Assembly: GCA_965217775.1 (NCBI GenBank)
Contig: CBDCJH010000002.1
Span: forward strand, 1,952,001-2,016,000
DNA: 64,000 nucleotides
Direction: 5' to 3'
Source of the DNA: Acidobacteriota bacterium
GTDB lineage: Bacteria > Acidobacteriota > UBA6911 > RPQK01 > JAJDTT01
The notes under the pieces are model-generated. The model worked only from the letters and a program-made list of their open reading frames with translations, did no database searches and was not told the origin of the DNA. The number at the start of each line of letters is the position of its first letter. The first letter of the stretch is position 1. Made by a program: the position numbers and the translations under genes. Positions 1 through 10,308 of this stretch are shown here, piece after piece.

Positions 1-104
1 CGCCACCCTACCCACCATGACAGGGGAGGAGCCACTTGCCATGGAGTTTATGCACGGTAACCTTTCACCCATATCCAGTCGGTTCCATTTGAGGATATTG
101 CGCC

Positions 105-605
105 ATGAAAACTAAGTGCCGGCAAGATTGGCTGAGGGCGATCATCGAACAGACCCGTAAGCCATGGTTTCAGCTGCTCGCATTGATTGCTACTGCATTC
201 ATAGTGGGAGCGGGCACACATAACTTCATTTTGCGAGTAGCAGGGTATGAGATGGTTCGAACCCAGCAATCGCTGGCTGACGAGGTAACACGTCCAACAG
301 CGCCTCCCGCCAGAGTCTCTCTCACGGACGACCAGAAGCGAGTGTTCCATAAGTTAATCGAAAAGAGTCGTGGGATAGGTAGTGGCGTGGCTGTATCACC
401 GTTTCATTACTGGATCCTAAAAGACCTCAATATATCCGACGAAGTGGTGAACACGGCCATTGCATTCCTTCAGAGCAATGGCTTGGTAGAGCTAGATGAG
501 GAGCTTGGATTCGATGATTCCGAGGGGAGAACGAGCCCCTACCCCGTTTATCGCGTTACTTCCGAAGGATGGAGAGTCTGGCGCGAATATTACCTGGAAA
601 ACTGA
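105..605 (+). CDS. Hypothetical protein, N-terminal TM helix and probable C-terminal winged helix
   Basis: GAGGA before ATG; hydrophobic WFQLLALIATAFIVGAG; C-terminal AIAFLQSNGLVE...YRVTSEG resembles a wHTH wing. Confidence 0.6.
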   Translation: MKTKCRQDWLRAIIEQTRKPWFQLLALIATAFIVGAGTHNFILRVAGYEMVRTQQSLADEVTRPTAPPARVSLTDDQKRVFHKLIEKSRGIGSGVAVSPFHYWILKDLNISDEVVNTAIAFLQSNGLVELDEELGFDDSEGRTSPYPVYRVTSEGWRVWREYYLEN

Positions 606-624
606 TTCGAGGCTTGCCAATAAA

Positions 625-1062
625 CTAGCCTCAACTTCTCATCACCGATACGACAAGCGGTTTGTTTAACAGCATTTCAGTGGTTTTCATATCCACATGA
701 ATTCGAGAATCGTTCTGTCGACTCGAATGCGGTGACGAATGCCGGAATCCGGCGACGTCCAGTAACCTTTGGGCTCCCACGGGCATTCGTGAGCGATGGT
801 TCTCTCTCAAGTGCCGAGTCCAAGGCAGAGTCCGCCCGCGGCCCCCAACTTGGAGTCTTCCCAACCGCAGGTTCGCACTAACAGCGAAGCGGATGGGCTT
901 GCACTCGCGCCAAGACCGTCCGCAACAGCGCCGCATTCGGGTAGCTCTCGGAAAACGACAACCAGACCTTGCGTGTGGTGACCCGGACCTGAGCCCCGAT
1001 CTTCAGCAGTTTCCCGCGCAGGGTCCAGCTCTGCGCCCGCGCAAGCTCGTTCCCGCCAGACC
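625..1062 (-). mobile_element. IS1380-family remnant (transposase C-terminus and right end)
   Basis: Minus frame AQSWTLRGKLLKIGAQVRVTTRKVWLSFSESYP is a typical IS1380 transposase C-terminus (stop 878); minus-strand ATGAGAAGTTGAGGCTAG at 625-642 resembles IS1380 right ends. Confidence 0.7.
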
Positions 1063-1178
1063 CACCCTTCGCAACGTCTGGACCATCACGTAGGCGAACG
1101 CGGAAAAATACAGCCGCAGTTATTCCGGTATCCGAAAAAGTTAATTGTTTTTCTGAAAAAGGGTATCGGAGGAACGAA

Positions 1179-1644
1179 ATGAGCAAGGATTTGAACCTAC
1201 ACTTTGCGTATCGAGCGGCTGCACCCAACACCCGGAAAGCATACAAGGCGTGCTGGAAGGAACTGAATGAATGGTTGGACGGAAAGAAACTGAACGACAA
1301 CACTTTGTCTTTGTTTCTCAGGTCTTTGCATAAACGGGGACTCGCACCGTCCACCATCAAGATGTACCGGGCCGCCACCACCTTTCACACCAAGGCACTG
1401 GAAATGCCGCACCCTATCGGACTCAAAACGAAGCTTGCCTGGAAGGAGATTGTGCGTGAGGGTTCCGGCAGGGGCAGGGGTAAAGCTAGTGCGCTTTCTA
1501 TCAACGAGTTCAAAAAATGGTTGCCGTATGTGAACTCGATTACTCGTTGCTTGGGTTACGGGATGCGGCTCTGATTTCGGTCATGTGGGATTGTGCGCTA
1601 AGAAGTTCGGAAGCGTCCGTCAACCTGCTCCTCAGTGACATTGA
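1179..1644 (+). pseudogene. Cre-like tyrosine recombinase, frameshifted and truncated
   Basis: SAM-like N-domain (APNTRKAY...W, LAPSTI); shift at A6 run 1512-1517 into RDAALISVMWDCALRSSE (catalytic Arg box); cut at 1645 by an IS end. Confidence 0.8.
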
Positions 1645-1733
1645 CCCAGATTATTCATCACGCAAACATAAAATGAGCAAGCGTGCCCTTCATGTCGAGT
1701 CGGATCAGAGGGTTACCGGATACCCGCAGAAAA
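1645..1733 (+). repeat. Orphan copy of the IS1380 left end (89 bp)
   Basis: CCCAGATTATTCATCACGC...CAGAAAA matches 2915-3003 with about 3 mismatches. Confidence 0.9.
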
Positions 1734-2326
1734 ATGCCTTTGAGGAATATTCACGGGAGAACTGGAAAGCGTCCAACGTCGCGATTGACATTGGCGATCA
1801 TCAGGATGGGCAAAAGATCGCGTTTCAGTTTCGCCGGGATGTTGGGAATCCGTTGCATGTGGCAACGCATCTGGCTTCTCACTTGAATCGGATGTACTCG
1901 GCGCATTTGCTGTGGATTATCCAGGTCGAGCTTATCAAGCAGAACCGGGACTTCTGGGAGGCCATTGAAAGACACCCCGGAGGAATTTCGAGGGCGGAGT
2001 TCGAGTTTGTGACTCCAAATCTCTTCGGTTCAAGAGGAGAGCTCAGCGAGAGTATGAAACGTCTCCGGCGCCGCCACAACGCTGTGAAAGTGACGGGGGT
2101 TCTTCATAATCCGAACGGCGAGCTTGACCTCCAGCGTGATAATCTTGAAGAGGTGGTGGACTACATCTCCAAGGGAGGTGGGCATGCGAAGCTGAAAGCG
2201 AGCAAGACGACGATCTATGACTCGGATGAGAATCCGAAAACGATAAGGATCGATGATGACCGGTCGCTCCATCATCGGAACGTTGATTTCTGGAACCGCT
2301 TGGTCCGAAGGCTCTTTGGGTTTTGA
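1734..2326 (+). pseudogene. 5'-truncated hypothetical protein (possibly DUF4747-like)
   Basis: Open frame continuing after the IS end; FVTPNLFG...NPNGEL...YISKGGG loosely recalls DUF4747-type proteins; no native start. Confidence 0.5.
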
Positions 2327-2791
2327 ATGAAACTGATTCTCTCATTGATCTTGGTGGGAGTTCTGGTCGTTCTCGTCTCTTTGGTAGTCTGTCGGCCAGC
2401 AGCCATCGGGGACGGGAACAGATTCTTGAGAGAATTTGTCAACCACGAACTCCTGACGATTCTTGGCGTCATTCTGACCATAACGCTGGCATCGATCTCC
2501 AGCATTCACCTGAACTTGAATCGATTAGAGGAACGGTCGAATGTGCGAGCATTCCAATCTGTCAGAAGGGAGCTGATCCAAGCGGCCTATTGGCTGATTG
2601 GCCTTTTCATCCTAGCCGTACTATTGGTTCTAGTAAAACCTGTGGCCACTGATTCCGAGATTGGTACAGCAACTTTCAATGCAGGCGCCCTCGCTGTATT
2701 GGCCTTCTACATTCTAATACTGATCGACGTGACAATGTCCGTGTTTGAAATCACGCCCGATATCCAGGACCCTGAGCCTCCCTCGGATTGA
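2327..2791 (+). CDS. Four-TM membrane protein
   Basis: Four hydrophobic segments; ATG directly follows the upstream TGA. Confidence 0.75.
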   Translation: MKLILSLILVGVLVVLVSLVVCRPAAIGDGNRFLREFVNHELLTILGVILTITLASISSIHLNLNRLEERSNVRAFQSVRRELIQAAYWLIGLFILAVLLVLVKPVATDSEIGTATFNAGALAVLAFYILILIDVTMSVFEITPDIQDPEPPSD

Positions 2792-2914
2792 ATGGCCCGC
2801 CAGTTTCCCAAAAAACTTCTCCCAATCACCTCCGTCCTTGCGAAAGAGTAGAGTAGGGGCTCAATGTGCAAGGAGGAGCTGGGGGTGTCAAGTTCTCTGG
2901 ATAATCCCCATTAA

Positions 2915-4911
2915 CCCAGATTATTCATCACGCAAACATAAAATGAGCAAGCGTGTCCGTCATGTCGAGTCGGATCAGAGGGTTACCGGATACCCACAGA
3001 AAACGGCTGAGACCCGACCTGGGTGAAACGCTATCTTTGTTTTCAACGTCAGTTTAAACCCAGGATTCAAGTGGGTCCGAAACGCAAGCAGTTCCACGGT
3101 TTTCATCCCCTCCAAGGGCGGCGAAAAGAGGTGGCGTGCCCGTCATTTGTGGTATGATTATGGTGTTGCTAAAACAACCACAAAGAACGGAGCACGCCAT
3201 GCCTGAGACGATACCGCAGATCCGACCCTCATTCAACCGATCCCTCCGCCTCGAGACCCGCCCCGAGTCGCTCAGTGCGGACACGGGAGCCCTGGTGCAG
3301 CGGGAGATGATGGATCGTAGCGGCCTCATCGATTGGTTGACCGAGCGGTTGCACGATCCGCGACACCCGAGTTCGATCCGCTATCCGCTGTCGGATCTGC
3401 TGCGGACTCGACTCCTGCTGTTGGGGCAGGGCTGGCGCGACCAGTCCGACGCCGACCGCCTGCGTCACGATCCGAGCTTGCGGGTGGCGAGCCAGACCCG
3501 TCGGGGCACGGCGGCCTTGGAGGAGGGCCAGGGGCTGGCGTCACAGCCGACCTTGTCCCGACTGCTGGACACGCTCAGCCGGGAGGAGAACCTTCCGGTC
3601 CTGCACCAGGCGGTGACCGAGCTGGCGTGCCGTCGGATCGAGATGATCGAAGGCCGGCGGCGAAAACGGGGGAAAAAGACCCCACGGAAGAAGAGACGGA
3701 AAAAGACGATGTACCTGGACGTGGACGGTCTCCCGGTGGAGGTCCATGGGCATCCCCTGGGAAGCGAGTGGAACGGATACTATCGCCAGCGGATGTACCA
3801 CGGGTTGGTGGCGAGTTGTGCCGAGACGGGGGACCTGATCGACGGGGAGATTTTTCCGGGAGCCAGCTACCTGGGAAAGAAGGCGCTGAAGTTGACGCTC
3901 CGGGTGGTGGACCACTGTCGGGGGCGTCTGTGCGGCTCAATGATCGTGCGGATGGATGCGGGGTTCCCGGAGCCGGGGCTGCTGAAGGGGCTGGAGTCGA
4001 GAAGCGTGCCCTATATCGCTCGAATCCGCAAGAATGAGGTCCTGAACCGGATGGCGAAGCCCTACTTGACCCAACCGGCGGGGCGATCCCCGGATGCACC
4101 ACCGAGGCTCTGGTTCCATGAGCTGACCTACCAGGCGGAGAGCTGGGATCGGGCGCGCCGGGTGGTGCTGGTGGTGCGGGAGCGACCGGGGGAGTTGTAT
4201 CCGGATCATTTCTGGTTGCTGACGAGCCTGAGCCGGAAGCGTTATGAGGCGGAAGCGTTGCTGGCAAAGTATCGCAAGCGGGGGAAGGCGGAAGGGCACA
4301 TGGGGGAGTTGATGGACGTGCTCGATCCGGCCTTGTCCTCCGCGAGCCGGCCCAAGACACACTATCGGGGCAAACCACTGAAGCCGGGAGCCAAGCCGGA
4401 AGCGACGACGGAGGCCGGGGTTCGACCCCACAACGAAGTCTTGTTCCTGCTGAATCTGCTGGGGTACGAGATCCTGCACCTGGGTCGGGTGCTGATGGAG
4501 CAGGCGACGCGTCGGGGCTGGAGTCTGCGTCGTTTTCGCGAGCGGGTGTTGCGAGTGGCGTCTCGGGCGCTGCGCCAGGGGAGGCGATTGATTTTCGTCA
4601 TCAGTCAAGGGGCGACGGACTGGAAGCGGTTGTGGAAGAGCCTGGCGCGGGTGTCCTGGGCGCCGGGATAGTGGACGGAGGAGGAATCGGGCCCATGGAA
4701 GGGACCGAAACGGTGGGGATTTCTCACCGGAAAGTCAACCTGTCGGCGGATGACGGTCCCCCTGGCCGGAAAACGGTTTATGACTGGTTCAATCGTCTTG
4801 TTTTTGAGCCGATTCAGTCGAATCGACAGAGGTTCAACAGAAACCGGGCTCCGACCGCACGAAAACGCCGGGTTGGAAGCCCTTATCAACATGTCCCATG
4901 AATAATCTGGG
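2915..4911 (+). mobile_element. Complete IS1380-family insertion sequence
   Basis: 14-bp terminal IR CCCAGATTATTCAT (2915) / ATGAATAATCTGGG (ends 4911); TSD ATTAA at 2910-2914 and 4912-4916. Confidence 0.92.
3199..4671 (+). CDS. IS1380-family DDE transposase
   Basis: LSADTG, LASQPTLSRL, LDVD, VRMDAGF, YRKRGKAE motifs; GGAG before ATG 3199. Confidence 0.93.
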   Translation: MPETIPQIRPSFNRSLRLETRPESLSADTGALVQREMMDRSGLIDWLTERLHDPRHPSSIRYPLSDLLRTRLLLLGQGWRDQSDADRLRHDPSLRVASQTRRGTAALEEGQGLASQPTLSRLLDTLSREENLPVLHQAVTELACRRIEMIEGRRRKRGKKTPRKKRRKKTMYLDVDGLPVEVHGHPLGSEWNGYYRQRMYHGLVASCAETGDLIDGEIFPGASYLGKKALKLTLRVVDHCRGRLCGSMIVRMDAGFPEPGLLKGLESRSVPYIARIRKNEVLNRMAKPYLTQPAGRSPDAPPRLWFHELTYQAESWDRARRVVLVVRERPGELYPDHFWLLTSLSRKRYEAEALLAKYRKRGKAEGHMGELMDVLDPALSSASRPKTHYRGKPLKPGAKPEATTEAGVRPHNEVLFLLNLLGYEILHLGRVLMEQATRRGWSLRRFRERVLRVASRALRQGRRLIFVISQGATDWKRLWKSLARVSWAPG

Positions 4912-4934
4912 ATTAACTTGCTTCTCGCGTTCCT

Positions 4935-5834
4935 GTGACAATGCCCAAGGATGAGGAGGTGGTCATCACGATGCATCGGGTGCCGGATGCACAATTGGGC
5001 TCCGTCTCCGGTCACGTGTGGGATACGGACGGACATCCCATTCATGGAGCGACCGTCGTTCTCCTCGACTTCAAGCCAAATAGTACACGTCTCCCCGGTC
5101 TTGGAAGGTCGTTGACCGACTTGGCGGGAAAATTCTTCTTTACCAGAGTGCGTCGGGGAAAAATTCTGATATCCGCTGAAGCTGATGGATTTGCTATCCC
5201 GATCTGGGATCAAGGCAGTGAGACCCTGACGGTCGAGCCAAGCAGGAACAATGAAATCGACTTGATCCTGGTCGGGCAATCGACAGTCCAAGGCGTCGTT
5301 CTCAACGATGAAGGTCAGTCTGTCGCCGCCGCACAGGTCGTGGTCAGGTTCGAACAGGGTACATTTATTGGTGCTTTTGCCTCATCGGATGGCACTTTCA
5401 AGATTCCAGACGTTCCTCCAGGAAGACACCGGATACTGGTAGCTCATCGCGAGTACGTTACCTATGAATCCACCTTGGTTGCTCCTGCGAGCCAAATCTT
5501 CACGATTACCTTGCAGCCCGGACTTTCGTTGTCCGGTTACGTCATGAACCAAGAAAATGAACAGATAAGAGAATTCTCCCTTCGGTTGTCTCCAGCCGGT
5601 CGCCAACACGAAGTTCTCCCCTTCCTATTAGATCCAATGTCCGCAGACGTCTCCCCATCGGACGGGCATTTCCGCATCAACGGTCTGGAGCCTCAGACAT
5701 ATATTCTCTCTTTAAGCCTGCCGAACGTGGAGAGCTTGGAAACTCGTCTCGAACTCTTGGAATCGACAAACGTCACCATCGTGGTCAATCCGGCAGACTC
5801 GGACTCACCCATTCAGGTCCGCAGGTCCTGGTAG
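4935..5834 (+). CDS. Carboxypeptidase-regulatory-like repeat protein (possibly a 5' fragment)
   Basis: Three repeats of the pattern VSGxVxDxxGxPIxGAxV...DGxFxI..PG.Y; no signal peptide or RBS. Confidence 0.7.
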   Translation: MTMPKDEEVVITMHRVPDAQLGSVSGHVWDTDGHPIHGATVVLLDFKPNSTRLPGLGRSLTDLAGKFFFTRVRRGKILISAEADGFAIPIWDQGSETLTVEPSRNNEIDLILVGQSTVQGVVLNDEGQSVAAAQVVVRFEQGTFIGAFASSDGTFKIPDVPPGRHRILVAHREYVTYESTLVAPASQIFTITLQPGLSLSGYVMNQENEQIREFSLRLSPAGRQHEVLPFLLDPMSADVSPSDGHFRINGLEPQTYILSLSLPNVESLETRLELLESTNVTIVVNPADSDSPIQVRRSW

Positions 5835-5982
5835 ACAGCGGGAACTACGGGACGGCAACCCTCGGTAATACGACTCGTCGTGAGACACCGGACGTCCTTG
5901 GCTTCCTTGCCCTGGGCCGTCCGCCGTCGCTACACTTTCCGGCAGAGATGGAGTGCCCGCGGGTTCGAAATCGGCTTCAGCC

Positions 5983-8900
5983 ATGAAAGTTCTTTCGGTA
6001 AGCATAAGCGCGGGTTTTCCGCTCTTGGTCTGCTTGACCGCGGCTTTGGCCTCGGAGACCGAACCCGCCTCGCTGGAATTCTTCGAAAAAGAGATCCGCC
6101 CCCTGCTGGCCAACCACTGCTACGAATGCCACAGCGCCGAAACCGCGACGCCTTTCGCCGGCTTGCGGCTGGACCGGCGCGACGACCTGATCAAGGGGGG
6201 TGTCTCGGGACCGGCCATCGTTGCAGGCAAGCCGGACGAAAGCCCCTTGATCCACCGCGTCCAGGGACGGCCGGCGCTGATGCCTCCCACCGGAGCGCTT
6301 TCGGATGCGCAGATCCAGTCACTCATCGAATGGGTCAGGATGGGAGCCCCGTGGACCGATCCTGCGGCGACGTCGGCGGATTCGGGTGAAGGATTCCACC
6401 TGGAAGCCCGAAAGCGCAGCCACTGGGCCTGGCAGCCGGTTCGATCCGTCTCCCCGCCGGCGGTGAACGACACGAATTGGCCGTTGCACCCCATGGACCG
6501 GTTCATCCTGGCCAGACTGGAGCAGGAAGGGCTGGAACCGGCGCCGGCCGCGGACCGGCACACTCTGATCCGGCGCCTTTCCTACGATCTGAGGGGACTC
6601 CCTCCCCTTCCGGGCGAGGTCCAGGCCTTCGTCGCCGATCCCTCTCCACGGGCCTACGAGGCATTGGTGGACGACTACCTGGACTCACCTCACTTCGGGG
6701 AACACTGGGCCCGCCACTGGATGGACCTGGTCCGCTACAGCGAGTCCCACGGCAGTGAAGGCGACCCGGACACGCCCTACGCGTGGCGTTACCGCGACTA
6801 CCTGATTCGGGCCCTGAACGCCGACATCCCCTACAACCAGTTGATTCGGGAACATCTGGCAGGCGACCTGCTTCCCTCCCCCAGGATGAACCCGGCCCTG
6901 GGCATCAACGAATCGCTCTTGGCCACGGCTCACTTCCGCATGGTGGAGCATGGGTTCCAGCCGGTGGATCCGCTGGAAGACCGAATCAAATGGACGGACA
7001 ACCAGGTCGACGTCCTTTCCAAGGCGTTTCAGGGACTCACCATCTCGTGCGCGCGCTGCCACGACCACAAGTTCGATGCCATCAGCCAGGAGGACTACTA
7101 CGCCATATTCGGAGTGCTCTATGGAGCCCGGCCGACCCAGAGAGCCGTCGACGATCCGGAGCGTCTCGATTGGGGCCGCAACGAGCTGACCGGCCTGAAG
7201 GAAGAGATCCGCCAGGAGCTGGCCGGCGCCTGGATCCGGGAGGCGTCCGCCCTGAGCTCCAAGCTGTTGGAGACACCCCACGAAGCCTTCACCAACCCAC
7301 CGGACTCTCCGTGCAAGCCTGCATCGCCACCGGACTCGTCCGATGATCCGGCGGCCCCGGAGACCGCGGTAGCTGCAGTCGAAACGGATGAGACCGAAGG
7401 TTCTGGAACCGCGGCGTCTGCTGCCGGCCAAGCGTGGAATCAGGCATTGGCGAAAGCCCGCTGCGAACCCGGAAGTCCGCTGGCGGCCTGGGTCCGCTTG
7501 GCGGGCAAGGAAGGCGACGACTTCCGTCAGGAATGGGCCGCTTTGAAAGAGGAGTGGAACGCCAGGATCCGCACCGGAAAAGCTTTCAACCGGGAGCACT
7601 TCCAGGTCCGGTGGGATCTGTCCGGCCCCGACTACGGTAAGTGGATCGGACACGGCGCCGGACTTCCCGCGGAACCGTCCCGGCCAGGCGAGTTCTCGGT
7701 GGGCGCCAACGGGAAACGGATCCTCAACGGCATCTACCCAGGGGGGGTCTACACCCATCTCCTTTCAGACAAGCACAACGGCGTGATCCAGTCGCCACGC
7801 TTTACCATCGACACCAATTTCATCAGTCTCAGCGTCCTCGGATCGGACTTCAGCTTCGCCCAGTTGATCATGGAGAACTATGCCGTTCCTCGAGGCCTCA
7901 TCTTCCATATGCGGCACGTCCCCAAAACAGACCGGATGGAATGGGTTCAATGGGACGTGGCGTACTGGAAGGGATTCACCGCGTACATCGAGTTGGCCAC
8001 CCGGGACGATGTCACCAATATCTACTACGACCCCAAGAAGTTCAAAACCCAGCCGGAAGAGCGGACGGACGGGCGTTCCGCCATCGGAGCCAGCCGGATT
8101 CTGTTTCACGAGACGAAGGAGACGCCCAGAGAAACGCGTCCGTCCCTGCTCTATCTGCTCCGGGGCGCGGCGCCCCGCTCACCCGCCGATCTGGCCCGGC
8201 GAATGGGCCGTCGCCTGGTGGAAGCCATCGAAGCTTGGAGGGACGGCGGAGCATCCGAGCTTCAGGCCGCGTATCTGGACGCGTTCGTTCGAGCTGACCT
8301 TTTGACCCGTTCCCGGGACCGGCTCCCGTCCGTGGACGCGCTCCTGACCCAATTCCGGGAAATCGAAGCCCAAGTGCCGGTTCCCCGGCGCGCTCCCTCC
8401 GTTTTGGACGAAGCGGCGCCGGATCATCCATTCCTGGTCCGCGGGGACCAGGACGCTCGCGGCGCGCCCGTGCCCCGACGATATCTGGCGGCTTTGGACA
8501 GCGTTCCCTACACCGATCCTGGCCGGGTGCGCCTGGGACTGGCCCAGGACCTTGCCTCACGCGGCAACCCGCTGACGGCCCGGGTGATGGTCAACCGCAT
8601 CTGGCGGTACCTGTTCGGATACGGAATCGTCCGCACCACGGACAACTTCGGAAAATTGGGCGACCCGCCCACTCATCCGGAACTCCTGGATCATCTGGCC
8701 AACCGGTTCGTGGAGGAGGGGTATTCCATCAAGAGCACGGTGCGCCGGCTGGCCACGTCCCAGACCTATCGCATGAGCAGCGGGGCATCCGCCGATTCCC
8801 TCCGGGAGGATCCGGCCAATCGGCTCCACCAGCATGCCAACCTGAGACGACTGGACGCCGGGGAGATCCGCGACGCCATGCTGCGCGTCTCCGGGAGCCT

Positions 8901-9408
8901 GGATCCGAAGCCGTACGGACCCTCCATTCCCGTCTACCACGAGATCGGGAAGCTCAAGAGCAAAGGGCTCCAGCCGTCCGGGCCCTTGGATGGCGCCGGG
9001 AGACGCAGCATCTACCAGGAGATCAGGCGCAATGCTTACAATCCCTTTCTGGAAGCGTTCGGCCTGCCCAAACCTGCCAGCACTCTGGGGCAACGGGACC
9101 AGACCAACGTCCCGGCTCAATCCCTGACCCTTCTCAACAGCCCATTCGCCTGGCATCAGGCCGAGGCGTGGGGCAAACATCTGGCCGCCGGGGAGGGCAA
9201 CACGGCCACCTCCCGCATCCACCACATGTTCCTCAAGGCCTTGGGCCGGGAACCCTCCGCTCTCGAGGCGGCCCGAGCCGAGGAGTATCTCTCCACGCTG
9301 ATCGCCGAGAGGAAGACTCGGGAGCATCTGATCCTCACCGACCGCCGGATCTGGACCGACCTCGCCCATGCCCTCTTCAACTTGAAGAGCTTCATCTACC
9401 TGCAATAG
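5983..9408 (+). CDS. Planctomycete cytochrome c + DUF1549 + DUF1553 (PSD1) protein, copy A
   Basis: Signal peptide; FFEKEIRPLL, CYECH, HWAWQP, GEHWARHWMD, CARCHDHKFD, NRIWRYLFG, HPELLDHLA. Confidence 0.93.
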   Translation: MKVLSVSISAGFPLLVCLTAALASETEPASLEFFEKEIRPLLANHCYECHSAETATPFAGLRLDRRDDLIKGGVSGPAIVAGKPDESPLIHRVQGRPALMPPTGALSDAQIQSLIEWVRMGAPWTDPAATSADSGEGFHLEARKRSHWAWQPVRSVSPPAVNDTNWPLHPMDRFILARLEQEGLEPAPAADRHTLIRRLSYDLRGLPPLPGEVQAFVADPSPRAYEALVDDYLDSPHFGEHWARHWMDLVRYSESHGSEGDPDTPYAWRYRDYLIRALNADIPYNQLIREHLAGDLLPSPRMNPALGINESLLATAHFRMVEHGFQPVDPLEDRIKWTDNQVDVLSKAFQGLTISCARCHDHKFDAISQEDYYAIFGVLYGARPTQRAVDDPERLDWGRNELTGLKEEIRQELAGAWIREASALSSKLLETPHEAFTNPPDSPCKPASPPDSSDDPAAPETAVAAVETDETEGSGTAASAAGQAWNQALAKARCEPGSPLAAWVRLAGKEGDDFRQEWAALKEEWNARIRTGKAFNREHFQVRWDLSGPDYGKWIGHGAGLPAEPSRPGEFSVGANGKRILNGIYPGGVYTHLLSDKHNGVIQSPRFTIDTNFISLSVLGSDFSFAQLIMENYAVPRGLIFHMRHVPKTDRMEWVQWDVAYWKGFTAYIELATRDDVTNIYYDPKKFKTQPEERTDGRSAIGASRILFHETKETPRETRPSLLYLLRGAAPRSPADLARRMGRRLVEAIEAWRDGGASELQAAYLDAFVRADLLTRSRDRLPSVDALLTQFREIEAQVPVPRRAPSVLDEAAPDHPFLVRGDQDARGAPVPRRYLAALDSVPYTDPGRVRLGLAQDLASRGNPLTARVMVNRIWRYLFGYGIVRTTDNFGKLGDPPTHPELLDHLANRFVEEGYSIKSTVRRLATSQTYRMSSGASADSLREDPANRLHQHANLRRLDAGEIRDAMLRVSGSLDPKPYGPSIPVYHEIGKLKSKGLQPSGPLDGAGRRSIYQEIRRNAYNPFLEAFGLPKPASTLGQRDQTNVPAQSLTLLNSPFAWHQAEAWGKHLAAGEGNTATSRIHHMFLKALGREPSALEAARAEEYLSTLIAERKTREHLILTDRRIWTDLAHALFNLKSFIYLQ

Positions 9409-9645
9409 CCGGCGCACGACCGGCGTCATCCGCCGGAGAGGACCGCAGCGTTCCGCACAAGCCGCGTCTGGACATGGGCGGGACCGGAGTATGCCCAAGA
9501 ATCGGGGAGCAATCTACGCAAGCGATTGATAGCAGGAGAGTAAGATGATCTGACAAATAGACTGTCGTTTCTTATGCCGGATCCTGCCGAAATACACCGA
9601 ACAGAGGCTTCTAATTGCAGTGTGAGAAGAAAAAGCCGCCAAGTT

Positions 9646-10083
9646 CTATAGGCCTAGCCATCGACGCTTTCGAGCGATAGCACGTGCCTTAACAGATCGT
9701 ATAAAGTTAACAACGTCGAGCGCTTCTATGCCTGAATCAAAGGATACACTTTCATTCCCAGTGATGCGGACTGTATACAGTCTCCCGCCTTCATCACGTC
9801 GCAGATATCCGCATTCGACAAGGTAGCGTCGTAACGACACACAGTCGAACGCCACACAGTCTATGGATGCATCCAGGCCGATTGAAGCAATCCATTCTCT
9901 AAGCGAACCATTCAATTCTCGTTCCGAGTACGGACTCTTGCTCTCAAGGGTTTGAGCAATTGCGCGAAACAAAATGTGGCGATCACGCTGCTTACGTGGC
10001 AATACAATCACACCGCCGCCACACACAGCGGATAGTCTCGCCTCAAACTCTCGTCGATCTACCGGACGCTGATTTCCATTCAT
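9646..10083 (-). CDS. DUF2087-domain protein
   Basis: LPRKQRDR...YSERELN...DCVSLRRYLVECGYLRR..G..Y pattern; lower GC than flanks. Confidence 0.8.
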   Translation of the reverse strand: MNGNQRPVDRREFEARLSAVCGGGVIVLPRKQRDRHILFRAIAQTLESKSPYSERELNGSLREWIASIGLDASIDCVAFDCVSLRRYLVECGYLRRDEGGRLYTVRITGNESVSFDSGIEALDVVNFIRSVKARAIARKRRWLGL

Positions 10084-10286
10084 CCTGTCTCTTACTGACC
10101 GGAAAGTATAAACATAAATTCCGTTTCTACGCGATCGCAGACGGCATCAAGAAGCTCTTGGTCGACCGTGCCGCCGGAATTGGACAACCTCGTCACGGTC
10201 CCCGAGCGAACTTGCTTCCCCTGTTCTCCTGAACCTCCAGAAAATGGGGAAGGTCCAGAAGCGTGGGAAGCTCGACGGATGTGCGG

Positions 10287-10303
10287 TTCCCCTGTAGACT
10301 GGA
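10287..10303 (+). promoter_or_regulatory. 17-bp motif before DUF1501 copy A (possible -10 TAGACT)
   Basis: TTCCCCTGTAGACTGGA identical to 16539-16555. Confidence 0.5.
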
Positions 10304-10308
10304 GGTTC

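Noticed and set aside
1517-2326. 269-aa ORF as one real protein
   Set aside because: Chimera of integrase fragment, IS left end and the tail of an unrelated gene.
9409-10286. Integron cassette (attC) around the cargo genes
   Set aside because: No convincing RYYYAAC...GTTRRRY paired site here or at 16140-16540, and no IntI recognised.
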